This document shows, piece after piece, positions 52,484 to 62,137 of a stretch of 64,000 bases of DNA. The position numbers were made by a program, and so were the translations under genes. Numbering within the stretch: position 1 is the first letter of the stretch; each line of letters starts with the position of its first letter. The stretch comes from Thermodesulfobacteriota bacterium (GTDB taxonomy: Bacteria; Desulfobacterota; Desulfarculia; JACQYL01). The DNA lies in contig CAXXLZ010000001.1 in the NCBI GenBank assembly GCA_963675595.2, positions 288,001-352,000 of the forward strand, written 5' to 3'. The notes under the pieces are model-generated. The model was not told where the DNA came from. It searched no databases and worked only from the letters and a program-made list of their open reading frames with translations.

Positions 52484-53647
52484 ATGTCCGACGGAATATT
52501 TCTCATTGATAAGGACGGTCGTCTCCAGCAGATGGGCCGGGAAGATTACGTGACCGAGGACCTGCTTCAGGAACTCATTGCCAAATACCCTAACCTCATT
52601 CCTGGAGATCAAATCAATAGTGACAGCCCGAGGCGGTGGCTTCTGATTACACGGGAGGCGGGAGTCCCTTCGGAATCGGACGGAGGAAGTCGATGGTCTG
52701 TGGATCATCTCTTTTTGGACCAGGAGGGCATTCCCACGTTGGTGGAGGTCAAGCGAAGCAGCGACACTCGCATCCGCAGGGAAGTGGTGGGGCAAATGCT
52801 CGATTATGCCGCCAATGCGGTAGTGTTTTGGCCTGTGGAACAAATCTTCGCCCGTTTCGAGCAGCAGTGCGAGAAAGAAGGAATCAATCCTGATGAAGCC
52901 GTTTCGAATCTGGTGGGTAATGAAGGGTCCGTCGGGGATTTCTGGAAAATGGTAAAGACGAACTTACTGGCTGGTAGGGTGCGTCTTCTGTTCGTGGCCG
53001 ATGTGATCCCAAAGGAACTAAGACGGATTGTCGAATTTTTGAATACGCAGATGGATCCCGCGGAGATGCTGGCCGTTGAAATCCGCCAGTTCGTGGGAGA
53101 AAACGTAAGAGCTCTAGTTCCAAGGCTGTTTGGACAAACCACGGAAGCTCAAAGCAAGAAGGCTGGAGGTGTGCGCGAGACCAAAATGTGGGATGAACCC
53201 TCCTTTTTTGAGGCGATCAAGGAACGACGTGGCGTCGATGAAATGCACCCCGTCCACAGGATCCTCTCCTGGGCTGTAGACAGAAATCTGGAGATTCAGT
53301 GGAAGCAGGGCAGTGTTGACGGCAGTTTGAAGGTCCGATACAACCCACTAGGGATCAAGGAAGCGGTTTCTCCCCTATTCAACGTCTATACCTATGGGGC
53401 TGTTGAGATTCAATTTCAGTACTTGCGCAAGCGCCCGCCTTATGAAAGCAAAGAAAAACGGCAGGAGATGAGGGAACGTCTGAACGCCATAGAAGGCGTG
53501 CACATAGCCGAGAGCAAACTAGACGCTCGCCCAAACCTGCCGCTTTCTGCCCTGACGAACCAAGAGAGCTTGAAGAAGTTCCTGGATACTTTCGATTGGG
53601 TGGTTTTGGAGGTGAAAACCTCATCTGAAACGAAAGAGACCCATTAA
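52484..53647 (+). CDS. PD-(D/E)XK nuclease, NucS/restriction-endonuclease-like
   Basis: EDLLQ, VDHLFLD, LVEVKR, GQMLDY motifs. Confidence 0.8.
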   Translation: MSDGIFLIDKDGRLQQMGREDYVTEDLLQELIAKYPNLIPGDQINSDSPRRWLLITREAGVPSESDGGSRWSVDHLFLDQEGIPTLVEVKRSSDTRIRREVVGQMLDYAANAVVFWPVEQIFARFEQQCEKEGINPDEAVSNLVGNEGSVGDFWKMVKTNLLAGRVRLLFVADVIPKELRRIVEFLNTQMDPAEMLAVEIRQFVGENVRALVPRLFGQTTEAQSKKAGGVRETKMWDEPSFFEAIKERRGVDEMHPVHRILSWAVDRNLEIQWKQGSVDGSLKVRYNPLGIKEAVSPLFNVYTYGAVEIQFQYLRKRPPYESKEKRQEMRERLNAIEGVHIAESKLDARPNLPLSALTNQESLKKFLDTFDWVVLEVKTSSETKETH

Positions 53648-53750
53648 GGCCGTTTTTCCTCCTGCTGTAATTTGGGCAAGCCCAGAGCTTGGAAACGAAA
53701 ACAAATGCCCAACCATTTACTTGGCCCGATGATCACGCACCTCCCCCTCC

Positions 53751-54887
53751 TCAGCCCACCATGGCTTTCAATGCATTCGCCAAGGTATCCAGTTCGGCAG
53801 CGGTGTTGTAGCGCCCCAGGCTGATGCGTACCGAACCCGCGGTGCCGTTGCCCAGGTCGTGGTGCACCAAGGGAGCGCAGTGCAGGCCCGTGCGCACGGC
53901 AATGTCATAGTCGCCGTCCAGCACCATGCCCGCGTCGCCCGGGGTCCAACCTTCCACATTGCAGGAGATCAGGGGCACGCGGTCCGGTCCGTGCCCGGGA
54001 CAGTGCAGCCGCACCCCGTCCAGATCGGTGAGGGCGTCCAACAATCGACGGTGCAACTCCGATTCCCGGTGCAGGGCCCGCTCAGCCTCCAGGCTTTGCA
54101 GATGGTCCAGGCATCGGCTCAGGATCAGAATGCCCAGCAGGTTGATGGTGCCGGCCTCCAAACGCTCGGGATAGTCCGGGCTTTGAACCAGGCGAGCCGA
54201 GTCCACGCCCGTGCCGCCGAAGCGGCTGGGCCGCACATCGAGTTCGGGGTCGACGACCAGGCCCCCGATGCCGGACGGGCCCAGCAGGGCCTTGTGCCCG
54301 GTGAAGGCCAGGCCGCTCACTCCCCAATCGCGCATGTGGATGGGAATCGTACCGGCGCTCTGGGATACGTCCAGAATCAACGGAATCCCGCGCATACGGC
54401 AGATACGGCCGATTTCGGCAGTCGGCTGCACGGTGCCCAGCACGTTGGACGCGTGATTCAGCACCACCAGGGCAGTGTTGGGCTTGAAGCACCGAGCCAC
54501 GGCCTCGGGCTCCACCACGCCCCGCCCGTTGAATGGAACCAGATCAAAGTCGCACACTCCGTTTTCACGTAGATGGTGCAGGGGACGAAGCACCGAGTTG
54601 TGCTCCAGCCGAGTGCTCACCACGTGCGTGCCCGGTGCGACGAGTCCCTGGAGCAGCGTGTTCAAGGCGTCGGTGGCATTGGCTCCAAAGCAGGTGACAA
54701 ATCCTTCCCCTCCGAAAAACGCGGCAATACGCTTACGCACCGCGTCCACCGCTTCCTGGGCGCGTACCGCGGAGTCATAGCCTCCGCGTCCCGGGGATGC
54801 GCCCATCTCCAGGTAGTCCCGCATGCCCTGTTGGAAGCAGTGGGAAGGCTTGGGAAAACTGGTGGCTGCGTTGTCCAGATAGATCAC
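53751..54887 (-). CDS. Cysteine desulfurase-family PLP enzyme (class V aminotransferase)
   Basis: IYLDNAATSFPKP, EHNSV, HASNV, TGHK, RTGLHCAP; GTG start after GGAG. Confidence 0.92.
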   Translation of the reverse strand: MIYLDNAATSFPKPSHCFQQGMRDYLEMGASPGRGGYDSAVRAQEAVDAVRKRIAAFFGGEGFVTCFGANATDALNTLLQGLVAPGTHVVSTRLEHNSVLRPLHHLRENGVCDFDLVPFNGRGVVEPEAVARCFKPNTALVVLNHASNVLGTVQPTAEIGRICRMRGIPLILDVSQSAGTIPIHMRDWGVSGLAFTGHKALLGPSGIGGLVVDPELDVRPSRFGGTGVDSARLVQSPDYPERLEAGTINLLGILILSRCLDHLQSLEAERALHRESELHRRLLDALTDLDGVRLHCPGHGPDRVPLISCNVEGWTPGDAGMVLDGDYDIAVRTGLHCAPLVHHDLGNGTAGSVRISLGRYNTAAELDTLANALKAMVG

Positions 54888-55025
54888 GTTGGTCGACTCC
54901 GGGACCCGATAGGGTGTAAGCGTGAGGGAGAGAGGTTTGTATTCATTTGCCGGGGGAAATACCATGTTGGCCTCAGGTGCTCGATCGTTATGATGGAGCA
55001 TCACCCAAACAGAAAGGAGACCAAC

Positions 55026-56114
55026 ATGGTAGCAACGAAAGTAACAGAATTGGCCAAGTTTTTGGAGCTGGATATCGACCGTGATTTCCACGTCGGGATC
55101 GACGTACACAAAAAGAGCTACCACGTGGCCGTGCTTCGCAGCGACGGCGAGGTGAAGACTTTTGTGTCCTCGGCCTCTCCGGAGGCCATCGTGGCCATGT
55201 TGCTCCCCCACTTGAGGCGCATCCGAGCCGTAGCCTACGAAGCGGGGCCCACCGGCTTCGGCCTTGCGCGCACTTTGGCCAAAGCCGGGTTCAGCGTGAT
55301 CGTGGTGGCGCCGAGTCGGGTCCCTAGGCCGGTGACTGCGGGGGCCAAGACCGACCGCCTGGATTGCATGCGGTTGGCGGACCATGCCGCCCGAGGGATA
55401 TTGAAGTCCATCGCCGTTCCCACGGAGGAAGAGGAGGCCGAACGCAGCGTAATTCGCCGTCGGCACGATCTGGCCGACGGCACTCGACGCGTTAAGCAGA
55501 GAATTCAATCCCTTCTGCTGTTTCACGGTGTGGAGGCGCCTCCCGGGCTCAATCATTGGGGCCGAAGCGCTGTGGCGCAACTTCGAAAGCTTCGTCTGCC
55601 GAAGGAGGCCAAAGCGACGCTGCTCAGCTTGCTCCGTGAGTTGAATTTCCTCACAAAGGAAAAAGCCTTCATGGAGGAAAGGACTTCCAGTGTGTGCGAG
55701 AAACCTGAACACTTTGAGGAAATGCGATGCCTTCGAAGCGTCCCCGGGGTGGGTCCCATCACAGCGGCTACCTTCCTCCTGGAATTGTTTCGCCCGAGTC
55801 GGTTCCATCGGGTGGAGGAAGTGACCAGCTATCTGGGACTCGCACCGTTGGTAAGACAAAGCGGAGAGCGGAAATCTCGAGTGGCGCTTCCTCCCGTGGG
55901 TCAGACGCGACTGCGGAGTCTGTTGGTGGAGGCGGCCTGGACGTGGAAGTCCAGGGATCCGGCCATTGATTCGCATTATCGAAAACTCCTGTCGCGAACG
56001 GGCCTTCCACAAAAGGCCATTTGTGCGTTGGCACGGAAACTGGCCGTTGTTCTATGGCGATTGACCATGGAAAAACGGACCTATGAATTTCGTCTCCAAG
56101 CGGACCAAGCATGA
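55026..56114 (+). CDS. IS110 family recombinase (362 aa)
   Basis: VGIDVHK, YEAGPTG, KTDRLD; GLAPLVRQSG; AAGGAG SD before the ATG at 55026. Confidence 0.95.
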   Translation: MVATKVTELAKFLELDIDRDFHVGIDVHKKSYHVAVLRSDGEVKTFVSSASPEAIVAMLLPHLRRIRAVAYEAGPTGFGLARTLAKAGFSVIVVAPSRVPRPVTAGAKTDRLDCMRLADHAARGILKSIAVPTEEEEAERSVIRRRHDLADGTRRVKQRIQSLLLFHGVEAPPGLNHWGRSAVAQLRKLRLPKEAKATLLSLLRELNFLTKEKAFMEERTSSVCEKPEHFEEMRCLRSVPGVGPITAATFLLELFRPSRFHRVEEVTSYLGLAPLVRQSGERKSRVALPPVGQTRLRSLLVEAAWTWKSRDPAIDSHYRKLLSRTGLPQKAICALARKLAVVLWRLTMEKRTYEFRLQADQA

Positions 56115-56119
56115 GCCGG

Positions 56120-56330
56120 TTAGGACTTGTTTAGGAGAACCCAACCGGCTCGGGACCCATACTTGAGGTGGGTCCCGAGCCTCAAGCCGGGAGAAAAAAG
56201 CGGAGACGGCCGCGATAAAGTTTGGCTGCATCGGTAGCGCTGGGGAAATGGCGGCATCTTCGCTTCTACATCGCATGTGTACTTGGCGCTTCGGGCGCGA
56301 ATAGGAAACGGTTATCCAATTCCGGCTTGA
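56120..56330 (+). ncRNA. Downstream guide RNA (seekRNA/bridge RNA) of the IS1111-type element
   Basis: Structured non-coding end with target-matching (TAAAGTTT, GGGGAAA) and donor-matching (ATAGGAAA, CATGTGTACTT) segments. Confidence 0.7.
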
Positions 56331-56356
56331 CTTGAGGCCACATAGGAAACTTTCGA

Positions 56357-57890
56357 GAAAGTTTCCCCCGGTCCCCTTTCAAAACGTTTTAAGAGTGCCT
56401 CACCGCCTACGGCGGAGAGGGTGAGGGGGAAAATCAGGTTTGCTCGGTAATCTCCGGCGTTCCTCACATCTCCTAAGTGGACCAAAAATCTCGTAGGCAT
56501 TCGCGGGAGGAACTCGTCTATTGTAGGGGCAGGCCACAGTGCCTGCCCGAAAGACAGCCGAAGGCCCACCTTCTTCACTGCGCTACTAACCACTCCCTAC
56601 TCAAACGCCTCAAGCCGGCTTCACCGCCTTGGGCGGACTGAAGCTTCCCATGCAAGAACGCATTCAATCATAGGGGAGAGTACGGGTCCACGCCACGGAC
56701 CTCCCGGGAACGCCGAGCCCCAGCTCGGCAGACTTCTTTCCCTCCATCCGCCGTACCGTGAGGGTCACTCGCGGTTGTTCGTCCCGATGCACAGCGGACC
56801 GGGATGGTCTTGGCCGCGCGATTGACTCCGCCCCTGTGCCGAGCTGGGGCTCGGCGCTCCCAGGGCAACCAACCACGCTGTGAACGTGCCCCAACGTTCG
56901 TCTTACGCGTTCACGGGGTATTCGCGAAGAGCTCGGCAAACTTGCCGACGGGTTGCTCGTTTCGGTCTTGCGAATCGCGTACGCAATTCACAAAACAAGC
57001 AGCATGTGCCGTTCAACCGATTAAAACACCTGAAGTTTTTCGGAAGGAGCCCGAGGGAACCCTTTTTTCAAAAAGGGTTCCCTCGGATCCCCCTCTGAAG
57101 GCTCACAACTGAAATTTCCCCCGGTCCCCTTTCAAAGCGTTTTAAGAGTGCCTCACCGCCTACGGCGGAGAGGGTGAGGGGGAAAATCAGGTTTGCTCGG
57201 TAATCTCCGGCGCTCCTCACATCTCCTAAGTGGACCAAAAATCTCGTAGGCATTCGCGGGAGGAACTCGTCTATTGTAGGGGCAGGCCACAGTGCCTGCC
57301 CGAAAGACGGCCGAAGGCCCACCTTCTTCTCTGCGCTACTAACCACTCCCTACTCAAACGCCTCAAGCCGGCTTCACCGCCTTGGGCGGACTGAAGCTTT
57401 CCATGCAAGAACGTATTCAATCACAGGGCAAAGTCCGAGTCTCCGCCACGGACCCCCTGGGAACGCCGAGCCCCAGCTCGGCAGACTTCTTTCCATCCAT
57501 CCGCCGTACCGTGAAGGTCATCCGCGGTTGTTCGTCCCGATGCACAGCGGACCGGGATGGTCTTGGCCGCGCGATTGTCTCCGGCCCCTGTGCCGAGCTG
57601 GGGCTCGGCGCTCCCAGGGCAACCAACCACGCTGTGAACGTGCCCCAACGTTCTTCTTACGCGTTCACCGGGTATTCACCAAGAGCTCGGCAAACTTGCC
57701 GACGGGTTGCTCGTTTCACTTCTGCGGATCGCGTACGCAATTCACAAAACGAGCAGCATGTGCCGTCCAACCTATTAAAACACCTGAAGTTTTTCGGAAG
57801 GAGCCCGAGGGAACCCTCTTTTCAAAAAGGGTTCCCTCGGATCCCCAAAGCGTTTTAGAGTGCCTCACCGCCTGCGGCGGGGAGGCTGCG
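56357..57890 (+). repeat. Tandem duplication of a ~750-bp composite REP unit plus the start of a third copy
   Basis: GAGTGCCTCACCGCCT(A/G)CGGCGG at about 56393, 57146 and 57858; the first two units align along their length. Confidence 0.9.
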
Positions 57891-58052
57891 GAAGAGTTCA
57901 GGTTTCCTCACTCATTCCCAACGTTCCTTACATCTGCTGAATCGGCTAAGATGCCCCCAAGTTCGGCTTCGTCCCGCCAGGGACGGAGCCCGCGTCAGGG
58001 GGTCCGGGGGAACGACGTTCCCCCGGAAACGGTATGAAAGAATAGTCGGCGT

Positions 58053-58415
58053 TCAGTTGCAGGTCTTGGGATTGGGAAGGCCGGACAGTCTACGTGCTCC
58101 GTCCTTCAATCCCCCGGGGAACAGCTTCTGCAGCTCCAGCAGGCTCAGGCCGGTGCCCTGTCTGAGGTCCCGATTCAGGGGCGCCCTGCCGTGGAATTCA
58201 TAATATTCCCGGAAGAACCGGATTACTTTCCAATGGACGTCTTGAAGATTGTCGAGTCCGCTTTCCGCGGCCAGTTCCCGGGCGGCGTCTTCGCTCCATT
58301 CGTCGTAGTCCCAGAAGAAGCCTTCGTCGTCAAAGGCGGTTCGGCGTCCCGCCACCACGCGGAAAAAAGGGCCGGGGCCGGACGCCTGTTCTTCCGTGCC
58401 GTCCATCGGGTCCAC
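58053..58415 (-). CDS. TusE/DsrC-family sulfur relay protein
   Basis: DDEGF, HWKVIRFFREYY, LFP.G, C-terminal GLPNPKTCN. Confidence 0.9.
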   Translation of the reverse strand: MDPMDGTEEQASGPGPFFRVVAGRRTAFDDEGFFWDYDEWSEDAARELAAESGLDNLQDVHWKVIRFFREYYEFHGRAPLNRDLRQGTGLSLLELQKLFPGGLKDGARRLSGLPNPKTCN

Positions 58416-58418
58416 GGT

Positions 58419-61085
58419 TCAGGCCTTCCCGGATGCCAGGGCGGCCAACACCTTGTCCGGTGTGGCGGGAAGATCGCAAATAAACACGCCCACCGCGTCC
58501 TTGACGGCGTTGATCACCGCGGGAGCGGTGGGCACCAAGCACATCTCGCCCACTCCGGTGCAACCCAGGGGCCCTTTGGGACGGGGCGTTTCCCGGATGA
58601 TCACCTCCTGAGGGAAGGAATCCCGGATGGTGGGAAACTTGAAGGTGCGCCAGTCCTTGGTTTCGCCGGCGATGTACTGTTCACGCAGGGCCAGGCCCAC
58701 GCCCATGTCCGCGCCGCCTTCGAGTTGGCCGGTGAGGTTGTTGGGATTGATTACCGGGCCGGCGTCCACCGCGGTGGTCATCTTGAGCACCTTGACCTCG
58801 CCGGTCTCGGTGTCCACCTCCAATTCCACCATCTGCACCGCGTGAACCTGGGATTCAAAGGAGGGACCCTGGCCGGTCTTTGGGTCCAGGGGACCGGAGT
58901 CTTCATTCTTTTTTCGGCCCAGATAGCGCACGGGTTTTTCCGCGGCTTTCAACTCGCCGGCGGTTTGGGCTCCGGTTTCGGCCATGGCCGCTTTGAGTTG
59001 ATGGAGCGCGTCCACCACGGCATTGCCGATCATATAGGTGATGCGGCTGCCGGCCGCCGGTCCGGAGGCGGCGGTGTCGTCGGTCCGCCGGGTGTGCAGG
59101 CGCACCTTGTCCAAGGGCAGGCCCATGACTTCGGCCGTGAGCTGGGTGAGCATGGAGTCGTTGCCCTCACCGGGGTCGGCCGCGGCCGCGAAAATACTCA
59201 CCCCGCCGTCTTCATCCAATTCCACCGCGGCCACGGAAGCGTCGCCGGGACCGCCGATGCCGAAGGAGCCGGTTGCGATGCCCACGCCTCGCTTGTAACG
59301 GCCGTCCGATGCGGCGGCCTCGCGTTTGGCTCTTTCATAGTGGGGCCGCAGCGCCTCCATCAATCCGGGTACCGGCCACTCGGTCACGGTGCGTCCGGTG
59401 GATTTGCTCTCACCCACTTGGAGCAGGTTGTTGAAGCGGAACTCGAAGGGGTCCATGCCCAGCTTGTCGGCGAGCATTTCCATGGCGCATTCCAGGGCGA
59501 AGTTGACCTGAGGCGGTCCTGCGCCCCGAGCGGCGGAGCCCCAAGGGCTGTTGGTGTACACCAGTTTGCCGTCGGCCTTGACATGGGGGATTTGATAGGA
59601 CCCTGAAAGCATGAGCAGGGCCCGGTACACCACCACGTGGCCCATGGAGTAGTACGCGCCCTTGTCCACCAGAAAATCGTTGCAGTAGGCCGTGAGTTTG
59701 CCTTGGCGGTCGGCCGCCAGCTTTACGTCCATGTGAAAGGCGTGACGCTTGGACGTCATGAGCATGGACTCGTGCAGACTGGGGATGTAGCGCACGGCTT
59801 TTTTGAAATGAATGGCAGCGGCCGCGCATAATCCCTCGGACATCACGTCCAGTTTGATGCCGAACTGCCCGCCGCAGTAGGCTTCCTCATAGGTCATGTT
59901 TTCCCAGCCCAAGGCGGCCTGCAGCATGCCCAGGTGATGATGAATGTTGATGCTGCGGCCCACCACCACCAAATGGGGCTCGTCCTCTTCGTCCTCCTCC
60001 TCGTGCCAATAGGCCACGGTGGCTTCGGGTTCCAAGGGAGCCTGGTGGTTGGTCTGGGTGGTGAACCGGGCTTGGATGACGGCCGCGGACTCCGCAAGGG
60101 CGGCGTCGGCGTCTCCCTTGACCTGGGGCTGACGGTAGCAGAGGTTTTCACGATCCGCATGCACCCGGACCGCATCGTCACCCAGGGCCTGCTCCGGAGA
60201 TTCCAGCGCGGGCAGGGCTTCCAGCTCGATCCTGATCGTCCGTGCGGCAGCTTCGGCTTGGTCTTTGGTTGCGGCGGCCGCCAGTGCGATGGGGTCGCCG
60301 ATGTAGCGCACCTTGTCCGAACACAGCACGGGACGGTCGGCTTCCAGGTACTTGAGCCGGTTGGTCCCCCGAATGTCGGCCGCGGTCATGACCCCGGCTA
60401 CGCCGGGCATGGCCAGGGCGGCGGAGGCGTCGATGGACTTGATCAGGGCATGGGGAACTTCGCTGCGCACAACGGCGATTTCCAGGGCGTCGGGGATTTT
60501 GTAGTCCGCCGTGAACCGGGCGGTGCCGCAGGCCTTGGCCATGGAGGAAGGCCGGGGATGGGACACTCCCATATTGCCGTCGGACGCCTTGGGCGTTACC
60601 TCTTCCAGGGTGGTCTCGCCGCGCAACAGACGACTCGCCAGTTTCACGGCGTCGATGATTTTCACATATCCGGTACAGCGGCACAGGTTGCGCTGAAGGG
60701 CCTTCTTGATGAGGTCCTCGCCCGGGTCGGGAGCATTGTCCAGAAGGACCTTGACGGCCGTGATGAGGCCCGGAGTGCAGAAGCCGCATTGGATCGCGCC
60801 GGTGAGCACGAATGCGTGCTGGATCAGGTGCGGGTTGTCCGGAGTGCCCAGGCCTTCCACGGTGATGACCTTGGACCCGTCGAGGTTCATGAGTTTGATC
60901 AGGCAGGACCGCACCGCCTTGCCGTCCACGATGACGGTGCAGGCTCCACATTGTCCTTTGCGGTCGCAGGATTGCTTGGCCCCGATCAAATCCAGACCAT
61001 CCCGCAAGTAGTCGAGCAAGACATCGTCTTTGCCGGCCAACACCTCGTGCCGGATTCCATTCACCTCTAAGGAAATTTTTTTCAC
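58419..61085 (-). CDS. Molybdopterin aldehyde oxidoreductase (Mop-like, xanthine oxidase family)
   Basis: Two [2Fe-2S] motif sets (CDRKGQCGAC; QCGFC...CRC); Moco domain GGQFGIK, ARGAG, GVGE. Confidence 0.93.
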   Translation of the reverse strand: MKKISLEVNGIRHEVLAGKDDVLLDYLRDGLDLIGAKQSCDRKGQCGACTVIVDGKAVRSCLIKLMNLDGSKVITVEGLGTPDNPHLIQHAFVLTGAIQCGFCTPGLITAVKVLLDNAPDPGEDLIKKALQRNLCRCTGYVKIIDAVKLASRLLRGETTLEEVTPKASDGNMGVSHPRPSSMAKACGTARFTADYKIPDALEIAVVRSEVPHALIKSIDASAALAMPGVAGVMTAADIRGTNRLKYLEADRPVLCSDKVRYIGDPIALAAAATKDQAEAAARTIRIELEALPALESPEQALGDDAVRVHADRENLCYRQPQVKGDADAALAESAAVIQARFTTQTNHQAPLEPEATVAYWHEEEDEEDEPHLVVVGRSINIHHHLGMLQAALGWENMTYEEAYCGGQFGIKLDVMSEGLCAAAAIHFKKAVRYIPSLHESMLMTSKRHAFHMDVKLAADRQGKLTAYCNDFLVDKGAYYSMGHVVVYRALLMLSGSYQIPHVKADGKLVYTNSPWGSAARGAGPPQVNFALECAMEMLADKLGMDPFEFRFNNLLQVGESKSTGRTVTEWPVPGLMEALRPHYERAKREAAASDGRYKRGVGIATGSFGIGGPGDASVAAVELDEDGGVSIFAAAADPGEGNDSMLTQLTAEVMGLPLDKVRLHTRRTDDTAASGPAAGSRITYMIGNAVVDALHQLKAAMAETGAQTAGELKAAEKPVRYLGRKKNEDSGPLDPKTGQGPSFESQVHAVQMVELEVDTETGEVKVLKMTTAVDAGPVINPNNLTGQLEGGADMGVGLALREQYIAGETKDWRTFKFPTIRDSFPQEVIIRETPRPKGPLGCTGVGEMCLVPTAPAVINAVKDAVGVFICDLPATPDKVLAALASGKA

Positions 61086-61867
61086 GACACGCTCCCGCGC
61101 TCATCGCCGAGCCCCGTTGAGTCAAGCATTCCCGGGACTCTTTGCGGATTAAGAGGTTGATACGTACGCGTTCGCCGGGTACTTGGAGAACCTTTTGAAA
61201 AAGGGTTCCCTCGGGCTCCTTTTCAAGAACTTCAGGTGGCTTACCAGGTTGGACGGCTTCCCTCTGCGGCGCACCCCATGAATAGGTACGAAAATGGTTG
61301 CGTTCAATTCCTCATAAGCAGCCGATACCAGCCTATCAGACAAAACGGTATCCGTGCAAGAGTTCGGATTTCAGCCGGACTTCATTGGCCGTAAACCAAT
61401 GGATGGCGCTTTTCCCGGCGGATTGCACACACGCGCCCCTTGCTCAGTGTTTGCAGGCATTCACGGGAGGGACTCGTCTCCTTGTTCCCGGTTCATCGGA
61501 CGAGGGGCGACACCCGGATTCTCCTTGTGCAGCGGCCCTGATTTAGAGAGATTCACGCAGCGGATTCAAGCAATAGAGGGGGATGCCCATATCCGCCGGC
61601 GGGGTTTGTCGCGTACGGGTGCGATACGATCCGCAAACGTTCGAGGAGCCTCTTTTTGTGATGCAATCAACGCTTCGATTTTGTTACATTGCAGGTCGAT
61701 AAGTTCCATCCCCTCCCTTTTTGTATTGTTCCTTTTCAAAACAGATTGAGTCATTTTGTTTTCGTTCACAGGGGGCTCGGGACGAAGCCGAACTTGCGGG
61801 CATCTTTGCCGATTCAGGAGATGAAGGGAACGCTGGAAATCAGCGAGGAAGCCTATTTCCTTCCGAG

Positions 61868-61897
61868 CCTCTCCGCCGTAGGCGGTGAGGCACTCTC
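61868..61897 (-). repeat. Inverted copy of the composite-repeat head motif
   Basis: Reverse complement of GAGTGCCTCACCGCCTACGGCGGAGAGG. Confidence 0.75.
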
Positions 61898-62137
61898 AAA
61901 GCGCTTACAAGGGGGTGCGGTGGAGGACTCTCCCCAAAGTCCTCCCCCGTGTAGGTGTTGGTCCTATCGGTAAAGGGGTTGTCGCTCCTTTGGTAATGGT
62001 GAGTATCAATGACATGGAATGCTTGATTGTATCGTAATTATTAATGGTTTCAGGGTTCATATTCAATTTGAGCGTGTTAAGTCAATGGCGTTGTTGCAGG
62101 TCAATGAAACAAACCAAACAGATTTGGAGGAAAGCTC

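Larger units (their letters stand above)
54960..56349 (+). mobile_element. IS110-family element, IS1111-type
   Basis: Subterminal IRs ATGTTGGCCTCA / TGAGGCCACAT; GGAAA at both junctions; removal restores the palindrome CCGGGGGAAACTTTC-GA-GAAAGTTTCCCCCGG. Confidence 0.9.

Noticed and set aside
53751-56012. 753-aa ORF suggesting a long N-terminal fusion to the cysteine desulfurase
   Set aside because: The extension is the antisense frame of the IS110 transposase; the real start is the GTG at 54887 with an SD
56357-57890. CRISPR array, or duplicated small protein genes (56312-56593, 57068-57346)
   Set aside because: Period is ~750 bp with no short repeat-spacer structure and no cas genes; the ORFs read through palindromic repeats and differ in length between copies
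61311-61332. sigma54 promoter upstream of mop (minus-strand TGGTATCGGCTGC)
   Set aside because: GG-to-GC spacing is 2 nt shorter than the strict -24/-12 requirement
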